DNA from: Octopus vulgaris
Lineage: Eukaryota
Length of the DNA stretch: 64,000 nucleotides
Reading direction: 5' to 3'
Assembly (NCBI GenBank): GCA_951406725.2
Contig: OX597815.1
Coordinates: 120,838,001-120,902,000, forward strand
The notes beneath the pieces were generated by a model. The model was not told where the DNA came from and did not search any database. It was given only the letters and a program-made list of their open reading frames with translations. Made by a program: the position numbers and the translations under genes. Position 1 is the stretch's first letter; every line of letters begins with the position of its first letter. Of this stretch, positions 11,149-25,499 are shown piece by piece.

Positions 11149-13559
11149 TAATAACTAATATCAGTTTCAAATTTTGGCACAATGCCAGCAATTTTGGAGG
11201 TGGGGGTTAAGTCAATGACATCAACTCTGAAGGAATGAAAGGCAAAGCTCATCTCGGTAGAATTTGAACTCAGAACATAAAGACAGAAGAAATGCTGCTA
11301 ATCATTTTGCCCAGCATGTTAACAATTCTGCCTAATAGTAACTAATACCAAAATGTGATGCCATGGAAAGTTGAATGAAGGGCTACTATAAGCCCTTCAT
11401 TATATATAGCAACCTGAACACATAGAGTGGTAGAAGAACCAATTTTGTATAATTGGCTAACAGTACTCTTATAAATACTTCATGGAAGATCATCATCATC
11501 ATCGTTAATTGGGTTGGACAGTTTGACTGAGGTGTGGCAAGCTAGTGGGCTACACCAGGCTCCAATCTGATCTGACAATGTTTCTATAGTTGGATACCCT
11601 TCCTAACACCAGTAACTCCAAGAATGTAGGATAAAATACCCAGTTGGATGTCCTTCCAAATGCCAACCACTCCAAGAGCATAGGATAAAATACCCAGCTT
11701 GAGAATTGTGTCATAAGATGAACCAAAAAACTTTTATTCATTTATTTAATATATTAAAAGTAGTAGCCAAATCTCCCTCTAATCACATCCTATTGTCTTT
11801 AAAAAATGAACGAGACATCAGGTAAATGTGGCTCTAGAGACATCATGTCCAAAAGAAAAGAATATAAACAGAATGGTTATTGCTGGAATGCCTGTGGTCC
11901 GAGGTCTTTTGGATGAACAGTAATCTAGGGTTAAACAGTAAAAATACCAGCAGTGACAATCTGTGATCTCAAGCTTGAATTAGTTTTTCTGTATTAAAGA
12001 ACATTGCCAGAAACATTAGTTATTTCTTAACCAGTGAATTTCAGTGTTTGATTTTTTAGTAAATTGAGATTTGTTGATGCAGACTTCAATCCACTTGTAT
12101 CCTTTTGTCAGTGTTGTCTATTCAACCACCATGTTTGAAAACAATATATTTATTTAATCAATTGAAATGTCTGTAGGAAGGCAGAAACCAATGACAGACT
12201 CAAAAAACAAAAATGGTATCTAAATACCCCTTATATACAAGAAGAAATAAAAAAACAAATAGAATACAAAAAAATAAATAAATAAAAGAGAAAAGACAAA
12301 AATTTGCTAAATGTTTCTATTGTTAAGATCTTTTTGTATGAATTGGAAGATCTTATATATGGTTGATGGATCTTTGAAAATCAAATGTATTTCTATGTTT
12401 GGCAACCTTTTAAAGACCAGTTTCGAAATTCCCCCTCTCTCTCTCTCTCTCTGTCTTCTCTCCCACCCTATCTCTCCACCCCACCCCAATTAATAGGTTC
12501 TCCATTAGAAGAAATATTGCTATAAAGTTTCTGGATAGTCTCCACATGATCATTATAATGATTTCATATGACTTGTTTGGAATCTAAAGCAATATGATCC
12601 ACTTGTCATTGTCATCATTTAATGAGCACTTTTCTATGCTTGCAGGGGTCAAGCAGAATTTGTTGAGGAAGATATTCTATGGCTGGATGCCCTTCCTGTC
12701 ACCAACCCTCACTTGTTTCCAAGCAAGATAATATTTCCCCATATAGACATATTCTTCATGAAAGACTGGAAACAAACATCACTTGTATGACAGTGATACT
12801 CATTTACAACCATCACATGATGTCAAGACAAGGATACACACACACACACACACACACATGCACACACATAGGCAAACACACAAAGGCAAACACACACACA
12901 CTAACACACATACGCACACACACATAAACACACACATTAACATGCACACACTAACACGCACACATGCACATGTGCATACACAGACACACACATGCTAACA
13001 TGCACTCATGCACATGTGCACACATACACACTCACACACTCACTAACACTCACTAACACACACACATGTACATGCACATACACACAGACACACACACACA
13101 TACACATACTAGCATGCACACATGCACATGCGTGTACACACACACTAACACAGATGCACACACATGCACACAGTGCATACACACACACATGCACACAGTG
13201 CATACACACACACATGCATACAACAAGCTTCTTTTCTCCATCTTCCAAATCCATGCATAAGGCTTTGGTTGGTCCAGGGCTGTAGTAAAAGACACTTGCT
13301 CAAGGTGCCATGCTGTAGGACTGAACCCAAGATCACATGATTGGCAAGCAAGCCACACCTGTACCTATTTGTGTAACACAATATTCAATATAGTCATCAA
13401 AAGCAGCATTTTAATGTCTACTTTCCCATGTTTGTATGGGTCAGACAGAATTTATTCAGGCAGGTTCTCTACAGCTGGATGCCCTTCCTGTCACTAACCC
13501 TTATCTGTTTTGAAGCAAGGTAAGATTTCCCTCTGAATATTGGAAATGAATAGCATTAC

Positions 13560-13863
13560 TTGTGGGATTGCACCTAGAAAGCTATCCTCCAAGGTACAAG
13601 TCTGAGCAAGGTTGTTTTATGGAAGACCAGTAGTCACAAAAAATGCCAGTCTCACCTCTCCATGCCACCGATGTTATCCAAGGGAAAGGCAAAGACCAAT
13701 ACAGCTTGGTACCAGTGACGTCGCAACTCATTTCTGCAGATGAGTGAACTAGAGCAATGTGAAATAAAGTGTCTTGCTCAGGAACACAACATGCAGCCTG
13801 GTCCGGAAATCGAACTCACAATCTCACAATCATAAGCTCTAACCACTGAGCCATGCGCCTTCA
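13560..13863 (-). mobile_element. tRNA-derived SINE (family D)
   Basis: Reverse strand starts gaaggcgcatggctcagtggttagagc (A box), then gagttcgatt (B box) and ctgagcaagacactttatttcac. Second copy at 51581-51900(+). Confidence 0.8.
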
Positions 13864-15414
13864 CTACTATTGCTTGTATAACAGTGACAATCGTTTTACA
13901 ATTATCACAAGATGTCAAGACAAGGAGACACAAGCATACGCTCACACTCACATATAGACACAGTTATACATATACAGAATGTGCTTTCTCAGTTTCTACC
14001 AATGAAATCCACTCACAAGTATTTGGTCAAGCCAGGGCTATAGCAAAAGATACTTGCCCAAGATGTCATGCAGTGGCACAGAACCCAGAACCATATGGTT
14101 GGGAAGCAAGTGCCACACCTGCACCTATTTCAGTAACATGATATTCAATATATTCACTAAAAGAGCATACAGTTTATTCACTAAAAGATTCATACAAAAT
14201 ATTGGTTCTAGAAAATACCACTAATCATCTTAAAGGGACATTCACAGCATGAATTTAATGTGTACTTAATAAACTGTTGTCTTCAAATGTATCAAAAGTC
14301 ACTTTCCTGCTCTGTCTATTTATAACATTTTCTAAATCCAGCAGACAGTCACAGATTTATGGGGAGCCAAACAAAGTCAGTGGAGTTTGTTCAGTATATT
14401 ACTGGTACTCATGTTGTTTTCTAAATGTCGAAAACATCAAGTCAAATTGACAGGTTTTAAAAACCAGAATCTAAAAAGATATTGCTAAATATTACAAGAT
14501 ATTTCATTTCAGCTGTCTCAATTTTTTTTTATCTCTGCCAACAATTTTTCTCCAGTTTTCCTTTTGTTTATTGCTAATTTCCAAAGTGAATTTTTCTTTC
14601 TTCCGCTTTTTGTTTTCATTTTTATATTTTATTTTATTTTCCCCTCATAGCAAGTATTTGGCTGTGTTACAATTAGTAGTGAAGAATTCATAATGCTGTA
14701 ATGGATGCTTTATGATTGTCTCACATTATTATGCTTCAAAAGATGCTGCTTCTTAAAAAAAATGAAGTGGTTAATGAGAAGCCAGATTCAGCTTTGCATG
14801 AACAAATTTAATGGATGAATATAACCAGTCAAATATTATAGACCATCCGACAGTCTGCACACTGGATATTCTATAGTTTATTTCTGCCTTGAACAAACAT
14901 GATGTACAGACTGACATGTAGTATTTGGAAATGTAGCAGTCCAGGTATCTGCTGTCTTGTGATCCACTTTAAACATTGCCACTGTAGTTGTCGAAATTCC
15001 TTCACTAACTATCTTTAAGAAATGTCTTTGGATGTTAAATATTGCATAAACTATCGTCTCTCTTTTATCTTTTACTTGTTTTAGTCATTGGACTGTGGCC
15101 ATGTTGGAGCACCACTTTCAAGGGTTTAGCTGGACAAAATGACCCCAGGACTTATTATTTTTTGAAAAATTCTACTTATTCTACCAGTCTCTTTTACCAA
15201 ATTAAGTTACATGAACATACACAAACCAACACCAGTTGTCAAGCAGTGATGGAGAATAAACACAAACACAAAGTCACACGATTATTCACATATATATTTG
15301 TGTATTTCTATGTGTGTGCATGTGTGTATGTGTGTGTATGTATGTATGTATGTATGTATGTATGTATGTATGTATGTATGTATGTATGTATGTATGTATG
15401 CATGTATGTATATA

Positions 15415-16397
15415 CAAGGTGCGATGGGTAAATTGTTGCCATTTTATATTTTTAATTTCACACATGCGCATTGTCTGTCTGACTTTCTCGACTACACAGT
15501 ATAGTAGGGTCAGTTGGACACTGTCTGTGAGAAAACAGCACCATGATGCAATTCCCTCTGCCACAAATTTGGAAACGACATGCTGTACTGATTGGCTTTT
15601 TCATCAGAAGCTCCAATACGGACATTTTAGAATGTTTGGGTGTCAATCTGAGGATGGTGCAATCTGAGGACATGTACCGAGATTGATAAAAATCAAACAT
15701 CCAGTCAACATCATGGTGTTTGGAGAGATCACTAGTGATGGCAACATTATGTCTCCATTCATCTACCTACACAGACTCAATACAGAGGCATACATCAAGT
15801 GCCTGAAGGGGGGTAGTGCTGTCCTGGGTCAAGAGGGTGGCTGCTGGAAGATCCTATGTCTGGCAACAGGACTCTGCACCATGCAACACAAGCAAGAAAA
15901 CCCAGTCATGGCTATCAGACAATTTCTGTGACTAGATCACCCCTAACATATGGCCAACTAACTCCCCAGACAGCAACCCACTTGATTATTATGTGTGGGG
16001 CAGAGTTGAGCGAGAGACCAACAAAACACCTTGTAACACCAAAGGTGAACTGAAGGCAAGGGTTATGGCAGCATTCACCAACTTAAACAATGAGACTGTC
16101 CAGAAAAATTGCAAGAGATTCCGAAGTCATGTGGCAATTTTATTGAAAAAATTTACTCTTTACAGTTCTATATTTAAGAGATGCGGAATTATGTACATTA
16201 ATTACATTATTTACAATCGAAGGATATTTGTGTTAACAACAAACAAGATAAGGACAAATATCCATCAATTGTAAATAATGCAAATTTACTCTTTAGTATT
16301 TCTAATGTAATTTTGGTAAATATATCTATTAAAATGAGATGTCAGTGTTATTTTCATTTTTGCATAATTTAGATGACTGCTTATTCACCGCACCCTG
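15415..16397 (+). mobile_element. Internally deleted Tc1/mariner-superfamily DNA transposon of the DD37D (maT) type
   Basis: Ends are TA|caaggtgcgatg...caccgcaccctg|TA (imperfect TIRs with TA flanks). The remnant translates KHPVNIMVFGEITSDG...YVWQQDSAPC...WPTNSPDSNPLDYYVWG, with 37 residues between the last two Asp. Contains stops and frameshifts. Confidence 0.85.
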
Positions 16398-16456
16398 TAT
16401 GTATGTATGTATGTATGTATGTATGTATGTATGTATGTATATACATGTACATATAC

Positions 16457-16507
<51 letters not shown>

Positions 16508-16668
16508 CATACATATATACATATATATATATACATATATACGTACATCAAAAAGGTTAAGATAACCTTACTTGGAAATGGATGCATGGCATTCAATTAA
16601 ATAATTATATATATATATATATATATATGTATACATATATATGTGTATATATATATATATACATATAT

Positions 16669-16709
<41 letters not shown>

Positions 16710-16711
16710 TA

Positions 16712-17170
16712 TATGGGTACAGGACATCACAAACAGCAAACAACATGAAACACAAAAACAAATGAGTTGAACACGCTCGATGTATCTCTCAACTAACTTT
16801 TCTCTTGTCAAAGAAAATATTTTTCCGTTTACTATTTTACCCTCATTCTGGTTTAACGACCCTCCATGTTTGCTTTTGTTTGGTTTCCTTGTATGTCTCC
16901 AGTGTCCTGTTTTTGTTCCCAACTTTGACCCTCCATAAATCCCAAATTTAATTTAGGTATTTGTGGGAGCAACTGCCTTCGAAGATTCATATTGTCATTC
17001 AGTGCTCAAAATGAGGAGTGGATAGCCAGCTGACAACTGAGGAAGGGTCGTTCTTTATGTTACTTGTCCTGTCTTCCATTTATTTCTCTCATTGTTTGCA
17101 TTGCGCATTCAACTCATTTGTTTTCATGTTTCATGTTGTTTGCTGTTTGTGACGTCCTGTACCCATGCAT
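16712..17170. mobile_element. Foldback element with ~60-bp terminal inverted repeats in (TA)n
   Basis: gggtacaggacatcacaaacagcaaacaacatgaaaca...atgagttgaa (16714-16770) is inverted at 17107-17164. A related element at 20600-20845 shares the ggtacaggac termini. Confidence 0.75.
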
Positions 17171-17222
17171 ATATATATATATTATTTGTAATATATACAT
17201 ACATGCACACACACACATATAT

Positions 17223-17281
<59 letters not shown>

Positions 17282-17282
<1 letters not shown>

Positions 17283-17500
17283 CTTTACTACCCCCAAGGG
17301 GCTAAACACAGAGGGGATAAACAAGGACAGACAAAGGGATTAAGTCGATTACATCGACCCCAGTGCGTAACTGGTACTTAATTTATCGACCCCGAAAGGA
17401 TGAAAAGGCAAAGTCGACCTCGGCGGAATTTGAACTCAGAACGTAACGGCAGACGAAATACGGCTACGCATTTCGCCCGGCGTGCTAACGTTTCTGCCAG
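17282..17500 (-). mobile_element. Young SINE family A copy
   Basis: CpG-rich, little-decayed copy: ctggcagaaacgttagcacgccgggcgaaatgcg...gttctgagttcaaattccgccgaggtcgac. Confidence 0.85.
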
Positions 17501-18235
17501 ATCTAACTAGGTACATCACCTTTAAGTACCTTATTCAACTGAATCTTGTTACATTATATCATTCAACCTCGGTAGTGGTTGAATATATTCTTAAGTCCAT
17601 CATTTCATCAATGACAGCAGCTTCCAAGCTTCACCACCAATTCAGTTCTGAACTAAATTGCAAACTGTTAACAGTTTTAAAGAGGACATCTCCTCAGCTA
17701 TACTTTGGCATAAATAGTTTGAGATTTGAAAAAAGTTACAACAAAGTATCTGTGACCTCAGTGTGGGTGGGGGTGGGGGCAGTAAAGCACCTATTCACCT
17801 TCAATTAACATAAGTTTTTTATTTTAAAATAAAAGTATACTTTTTGAGGTTTAAATAATAGAAAAATGCATGAGGAATTCAGAATCGTTAGTTGCATTGA
17901 ACAAAAATTAGTAGAAAAAAGTTATGAGGTGAAATGTAATGAAATTTATTGTCAGTAAGTGAGGAAGTAAGAAGTAACGCCCCAAGCTATAATGTTAAGA
18001 TAAGAATATATTTATAAAATGAATGTTTACATTCTTTTATGCAGTGAGTTGGCAGAAATGTTAGGATGCTAGGCAAAATGCTTAGCGGTATTTTGTCTAT
18101 GTTTTCATTCTGAGTTCAAATTCCACCAAGGTCGACTTTACCTTTTGTATATTTTATTTTTTTGATTAAGTATTTAATGAAGTTATTTTTAATATACTGT
18201 TGAATTAGGGTAAGTTTAACTTTTATTATTAATTT

Positions 18236-18440
18236 TCTGTTGTGTCTGGGGAGAGTCATTTTCTTTTTGTGCCTTATAACTTAACACGCTCACCAGTAAA
18301 ATTTCCACTTATTTTTATTTTCCTAAAATTTTCATTGTGTCTTGCAACCTTTTCAAAAATGACTCTCTCCAGACACAACAGAATATGCTTCAACACACAG
18401 ACTCACATAAAGAATCTTGCAAGCCAAATCCAAAACGAAA
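18236..18440. mobile_element. Inverted-rearranged copy of the repeat at 25500-25680
   Basis: 18236-18355 matches 25559-25672 forward. 18356-18440 is the reverse complement of 25500-25583. Confidence 0.8.
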
Positions 18441-19449
18441 TATTAATTTTCTCTTTCAGCTTTAATTATCTTGCTTTCTGCTTTTTTTGCTTTTCCTTTT
18501 TAGTTGCTTTCCTTTTCTATTTAGTTAATTATTTAATCAGGCTAGTTCATTAATGTGTTATATGCTTCAGATATGTGCATCAAAATTTATTGAGGTAGGA
18601 ATATAGTCATTTTTGGCTGTGTCTCTATGGGCAGACCTGAAGGCATATAGTAAGGCTGTTCAGAAAAGGCACTGGCTAAAAGTGCTTATATTCTAAATTC
18701 ACTTTTTAAATTTCAAAATTAATTAAAAGGGATTTTTCATAAATCAAATTTATATTAATGGGATGTAGGTAATTTTAACTTGTGTATATCTGATATGCTT
18801 TTATAATTGCTATTGTATTGAATAATTATTGATAGATCTAGATTAGTAGCAGTCAGTGCTATTATCCCCAACCCAAAATCTAGGTTACTTAAGGTGAGTC
18901 TGGTAGCTGATGGTTTTTGGGTCTTGTTGTTTGTAACTTTTGGTGAGCCATGGTGCAACCAACAAGATGGTAAAATTCCCTGCCATTAATTTGGTGTGGA
19001 TGGGTAATATCAAATAATTCAATCACGACATATATCTAAATTAAACATGAAAAAAATTGAAATATTATCATCACTTACATGGAAAAATTGAAATACTTTC
19101 TTTCAGTATTTTTTAAGTTAAAATCTTAAATTATTAACTGACACATTATTAATTATCTCATAACAGAAATGCCTGGAAAAATCATAGATTACATGGAAAA
19201 TGCGAGCATGCAACTGTCCCTTATGGATGGGATGCTGTGCATCATATTGTGTTGCAACAACTTTTCAGTCTGGGTCACATCAGGTACATTCATACATAAA
19301 GTGGTTCTCACTAAAAATCTTGAGTTCAGGCAGTCATGTAATTTGCCCGCTTCATTAGGGAATGAGGCATTGCTACAGTTGTCCTTATGTTAAATTTACA
19401 TATACCCATTAGTCCCAAAATTACAAATATGTTTGTGTGTGCGTGCAAT

Positions 19450-20140
19450 AATAGTAAAATTGAAATTACTGTGTATAGTGCTCAGGTGCACAACAACTCA
19501 TCAAAAGTGCATGTACAGTACATAGAATTATGTACAAAAGTCAGGAAAGTGAACAGTGTATGAGCCATGATATACATGTGTACATGTATATGGAGGTGGG
19601 GATATCAGGTGTAGTGTTGGCGAATTTCAGAAATCATGGAGGTTCTAAAGCATGCAATATCTAGGCAACAACTAACAAATGATGTAAGCAGTTTGTTTCA
19701 TGCCTCAGCAACTCTGAGTGTGAAAAGGTGCTTCTGAAAGACATGGGAGCTGTGCTGTTTTCTAACTTTGTAGGCATGCCCACGTGTGTTAGATACATGG
19801 AGCTCAAAAAAGTGTTCAAGGTGGTTGTTGGCCTGCTGGTTAATAATTTTGTGGGTGTTTACTAAGTCAGTTGCCAGACATCGGAGCTTCAATGTATCTA
19901 TGCCCAATGAAGCAAGACGTTCAGAATAAGGTAGATGACTAATGGAGGGTATTTACTTGGTTGCACGTCTCTGAACAGTTTCAGGGAGGTCAATGTCCTT
20001 AGCAAGATAGGGGTTCCAGACTGATGATGCAAATTCCAAGTGTGGCCACACCATAGCCATATACAGCTTTAAATAGATAGCTGGAGAGTTGCTTACAAAA
20101 GTCTTGCTGAGTGATGTCAAGACATCCTCGGCCTTTTTGA
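19450..20140 (-). mobile_element. CR1-type LINE 3' fragment
   Basis: LYMAMVWPHLEFASSVWNPYLAKDIDLPETVQRRATK and TLKLRCLATDLVNTHKII...NTRGHAYKV...FTLRVAEA are typical post-RT CR1 motifs. Confidence 0.85.
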
Positions 20141-20210
20141 CATTCTTGTATGCATATATGTATGCATATATATATATATATGTGTGTGTGTATGTATACA
20201 TATATATATG

Positions 20211-20258
<48 letters not shown>

Positions 20259-20262
<4 letters not shown>

Positions 20263-20463
20263 ATCCAAACAAGAAAGCACAAAAAAACACAACAACGCGA
20301 GGACGTGGAACAAATATAGTATTATTGGACGCTCAGGAAAGAAGGAAAGAAGGAGGGTTTAACGTTTCGAGCAGAGCTCTTCGTCGGAAACATAGGAGAA
20401 GGAAAGATCCAGAGAAGGGAAGACAGAGGAAAAAAATCGCCAACGGTACACACGCGGTCACAT
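20259..20463 (-). mobile_element. ~205-bp element in (TA)n with a minimal hammerhead-like motif (probably a PLE pLTR derivative)
   Basis: Second copy at 28609-28815. Minus strand 20391-20357 reads gttt CCGACGA a gagc tct gctc GAAAC GTT aaac. Confidence 0.65.
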
Positions 20464-20599
20464 TTATATATATATAAAACTTACTTGGAAGAGGATGCAT
20501 GGCGTTTCGTCATATAATAACAAAATGATAAATAAAACATATGCATATATACATACATATATGTACGTACCTACATCTATATGTATATATACATGCATA

Positions 20600-20845
20600 T
20601 ATAGGTACAGGACACCAAATTTGATTTGCGGGAAGGACCATTTCACCGAAGTCATGTCTCGCCTTTACCTTCGAAACGCGGAGTAGACGAAATGGAGGTG
20701 GCTGAAGAAGGGGAATTTTCCTTGTGTTGTATGTCTTGTACCCTGTTTTTTCGTTGTTTAAAAAAAATGTCCTTTCCATGGTTCTGTTTTTATGTTTTCG
20801 TTTTTCATTGTGTTCGACGTTTTTTTGGTGTCCTGTACCTATACA
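20600..20845. mobile_element. Small element with ~20-bp terminal inverted repeats
   Basis: tataggtacaggacaccaaa...tttggtgtcctgtacctata. Related to 16712-17170. Confidence 0.7.
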
Positions 20846-23800
20846 TGCATGTATATATATATATATGCACACATTGATTTGGGGCATTGGTAGAAGACAC
20901 TTGCCCAAGGTGTTGCACAGTGGGAATGAACCCAGAACGATGTGACTGGGAAACAAACTTCTTACCAGACAGCTATGCCTCAGCTTAGTTGATAAACAAC
21001 AAAAGATGGTCTCAGTTAAAATTATAAAGGAATAATTAAGTGATAGTTGCTGCTATTGTTTAGCACCAAGTCACCCCAGAATTAGTTGACCTAAGGCCAA
21101 AGATGTTTCAACTGTAAGCATTCCATATTATATTCAGACAACACAATATATCTAAGATAGCATTATGCATTGTGTCCAATTTGCTTTCTTTTTTTTAAAG
21201 ATTGATAATAGTGGAAAGTTTGGCTGCTATTTCTAACAAGTTGAGCAATGACATAGTGAATCTCTCATTGACTAGTTAATGAAAGGAATATGAAAGATGG
21301 TGAAATTTATAACTTAACTGCTTGTACCATATTGATACATTTCAGATTTTGGCCCAAGGCCAGCAATTTTGAAGGAGGGAGTAAGTCAATTACATCAACT
21401 CTAGTGATCAGCTGGTGCTTGTTTTATTGATCATTAAAGGATGAAAGGCGAAGTCAACCTTGGTGGAATTTAAACTCAGAACATAAGGGCAAAGTGCTGC
21501 TAAGCATTTTACCCAATGCGCTAATGATTCTGCCAGTTCACTTCCTTACCATGTTGATATATTAAAAAAACAAAAAGATTTCTGTAACTTTATTTTACCA
21601 CAACAGAAAGTGATATGCGATGAGAAAAGGTGGCAGGAGGTATGGCAAGTGATTAAAAAAAAAAAGAAAATAAAGAATTAAAGAATTGAATTCAAATTTA
21701 TGTCTGTGTTTCTATGGGTTTGATAGTTTGATGGAAAGTTTAATATTTTCTTTCCAATAAACATAAATAGTGACCTTCAACAAGTCAAAGAGGTGGTGAT
21801 TTAGTAGGATAGTTTATTGCCTTGCTTCACACATGACTAAAGGTAAAATTATTTAGTTTCCATTTTATCAAGAGTTCACTTTGAATTTAAGTAAAATTAT
21901 TGATATTGAGCACATAAATTCCAGATAGTTTTTTTGGTAGTTCTGACAGACGCAAAATACACTTATAAGTAGAAAGAAAGTTCAAAGTGATGTCTGATGT
22001 AGAACGATGTTAATTTGCATTTATAAATAATAACTTGCAATTATATTGCAGACATGTCCATTAGATAAAGGAACTTACTTCTTTCTCAAAGTATTTTTGG
22101 TAAAATTTAAAAAAATAAAGTAATACAGAAATAAAGAATAAAAGAAAGAACTAACCTTTCAAAATGTAAGATACTGAGATGAGAAAATTTAATTAATGGA
22201 AAAAAAAGAAAGTAAATATTTTAGAAAAATAGCAAAAATATTTTAGAGAAAAAGCAAAAATATTTTTCATTTTAGAAATAAATATTAAAGAGACAAACTA
22301 CAATAAATGATATTTATATAACCCATTCTTATAATTCTTAATCTGACAAATACAAATTGTCAAACTGAAGTAATATTTGGAGATGACGCATTTTGAAATC
22401 AATCGGAAAATATTTGAATTAATCTGACTGACTTTACTAAATATTTAGCCTCAGCAAATATTTACCATTAATTTCTGTTGAGGAATTTGTACCCTAAGCC
22501 ACTTCTACCTTTCTCACCCTACCTGTCATACTGATATTTCACACCAAGAGGCACCTCCACTTCTGTTCATCACTCACTATATTCACTTCTGCCCCCATTT
22601 CTAACCATCTCCTAGTTTCCTCCTACTGACCCATTGTCTGTATCCTTTCTTATGCTCACCCCTTTGCTCCTTGAAGGTTTACTCTGACACCCTATCACTA
22701 TCATCTTATCTTCTTCTCAGCTACCCCAATCCACTCTTATATAATGCAGAATAACCATGTATCTTCTCCATAACAAAAATCCTGCGCTTGTCCCTCTGTC
22801 ATACTTTAACCTTCCAACACTAGGTGTAAAGCCACCAACCCCTCTCAAATATCCCCCTTCCCACTTAACCAAGGTGCTTTTTCTTCTTTCTTTTCTTTTT
22901 TCTTATTTTGTTCTTTTCCTGTCTTACAAGTTACTTGGTGACCTCACTGGTGCTGGTGACACAAAAAAAAAAAAAAAACAACCCACTTGGTGCACACTGT
23001 AAAATGACTGGTGTTGAGAAAAGTGTCCAGTCACAGAAACCATGCCAAAGCAGACACCAGTGCTCAATACACCCTTGTGGCCTGCCAGATTCTGTCAAAC
23101 CATCCAAGCCATACCTGCATGGAAGACATTAAATGATGATGATGATGATGAAACGATGACAACAACAAAGACAACGACAAGGGCAACGACAACAAAGACG
23201 ATGACAACAATGATGATGATGATGATGATGGTGATGACTACGACAATGATGACACTGATGATGATAAAATAAATATTTATCTCCATTTCTATATACTATT
23301 ATCCTTTTCATTTCGCCAGTAATGCATTTATTTTTAACGCTATATACCCATTTCACTATATGCAAACAATAACGGTGTGGCTTTTGTAAATCTGATTATT
23401 GTACATTGTTGAAGGCAGTATTTTCATATTAGGATCACCTTCAATTCAGTTATAAAATCATCATGGACAAGTGCATTGAGAATGGCTTGACTTTTTTTTT
23501 TTCATGACTCTACAAAACTGATAAGTAAGTGAGATATCTGATGTTAGCCTGGAAAGCTAACCGAGGTAAACAAAATAATATACTTTGCTCAGAGACACCA
23601 CATAATGGTTGTAAAGAGGTTTAAATTAATGAATATGTGTTCAGTAGTCCAGTAGTATTAAATATGATAGTAACAATATCTATATAATAAATGCTAAACA
23701 TTCCATTGCAGCATACTTTATTCTCCATCAAGTATACTACCTTAATCTAAATTTCCTAGTTTCCCATCTACCTGCAATGCAGAAATGGAATATATGTCCT

Positions 23801-23949
23801 TAGAGAAAAGAGAGAAAATGTTGTCAAAATACAATATAATAACTGATATTGCATAATATCAATACAGTAGTTAATATTATTTTTCCTGTAATAACCTAGC
23901 TAAGACAAAAGTTATTGTTAGTAAGAAAGAAGATAAAACTCTCTTTCTG

Positions 23950-24375
23950 TCAGGTAAATGGCCCTGCTCAATATGTAGGAAAGGAGTTGGAAGAAATTCC
24001 ATTCGCTGCACTCAGCGTAGTGGAATCACAGGTAGATTAACAGATAAAGTTGTTTCTGTATATGGCAGAGGTACAGGAACAATAAACACTAAGAGCACAT
24101 GGAAATTAGATTCTCTCAAATGCCCAGGGGGGCCTCTTGAGGTTGTAAATAGTTTCTGTTACCAGGTGACCAAATTAGCAATGGTGGTGGATGCTCTGAA
24201 AGTATTGTTTCTAGAATAAGAATTGGGTAGAGGAAGTTCAGTGAGCTATTACCTTTGTTGGCAACAAAAGGACTCTCTCTCAGAGTGCAAGGTACACTAT
24301 ATGATGCTTATGTGCGAGCAGCTGTACTCCATGGTAGTGAGACATGGGCTCTGAATGCAGAATACTGGAGAGAAA
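23950..24375 (+). mobile_element. RTE-type LINE fragment (C-terminal RT region with Cys-rich insert)
   Basis: GKWPCSICRKGVGRNSIRC...LEVVNSFCY...GDQISNGGGCSESIVSRIRIG*RKFSELLPLLATKGLSLRVQGTLYDAYVRAAVLHGSETW. Confidence 0.8.
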
Positions 24376-24503
24376 TGCTCCCATCTATATCCTACTTTTC
24401 CTTTACTCAACCTTCCCATTTATATTCTGATCCCCATTCCTTTTGAGTATGCCTGGCATTTTGCCACCATCTCTATCCTGCTGTCTCCTGCTCTCTCTCT
24501 CTC

Positions 24504-24554
<51 letters not shown>

Positions 24555-25499
24555 CCTCCTACATTTCCCTCAGGTTGGGTAACTGTGTATTTTCTTTGCA
24601 GTAGTACACCTGTTTCTGTCTTCATTCTTGATCTCTCTTTCTCCAGCCAGGTAACCTTGTACTTCCACTACAAGACACCTATTTCTGTTTCACTATAAGC
24701 TTTCATCATCCGACACAAGATCACCTCCTGCAATGCCCTCCAATGATTGGTGTTAGGAAGGGTATCCAGCTGTAAAAATCCTGCCAAAATAGTCACAGAA
24801 GTATGGTGCAGGCTTCTGCCTAGCCAGTACTTATGAAACTGTCCCACCCATGCTAGCATGGAAGGTAGACGGTAAATGATGATAATAATGATGATGATAA
24901 TTACAATGATGATGATAATGATTATGATGGTGGTGCTGATGATAGTGATGATGGATGTAGGCATGGCTGTGTGGTTAAAACGGCGAGCTGGCAGAAACAT
25001 TAGCATGCTGGGCGAAATGCTTAGCGGTATTTCGTCTGCCATTACGTTCTGAATTCAAATTCTGCTAAGGTCGACATTGCCTTTCATCCTTTCGGGGTTG
25101 ATTAAATAAGTACCAGTTATACACTGGGGGGTTGATGTAACCGACATAATCCCTTTTTCTGTCCTTGTTTGTCCCCTCTATGTTTATCCCCCTGTGGGCA
25201 ATAAAGACATAAATGGTGTGTGGTTAAGAAGTGTGCTTCCTAACTTCAGAGTTTCAGGCTCAGATCCACAGCACAGCACCTTGGGCAAGTGTCTTGTTGT
25301 ATAGCTGAAGGCCAACCAAAGCCTTGTGAATGGATGCAGTGGATGAAAACTGAAAGAAGCTTGTCGTGTGTGTGTGTGTGTGTGTGTGTGCTAAATTAAT
25401 GATCTGTTCAATCTTCATTTTTCTTTTTCATAGATTTTGTATGCAAACTTACAGATACAACCATCCCATTTTTCTTCAATACTTATACATCTTCTTTTC

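Noticed and set aside
19169-19393. 74-aa ORF (and the open minus frame) as a host exon
   Set aside because: No recognisable homology and no convincing pair of splice sites.
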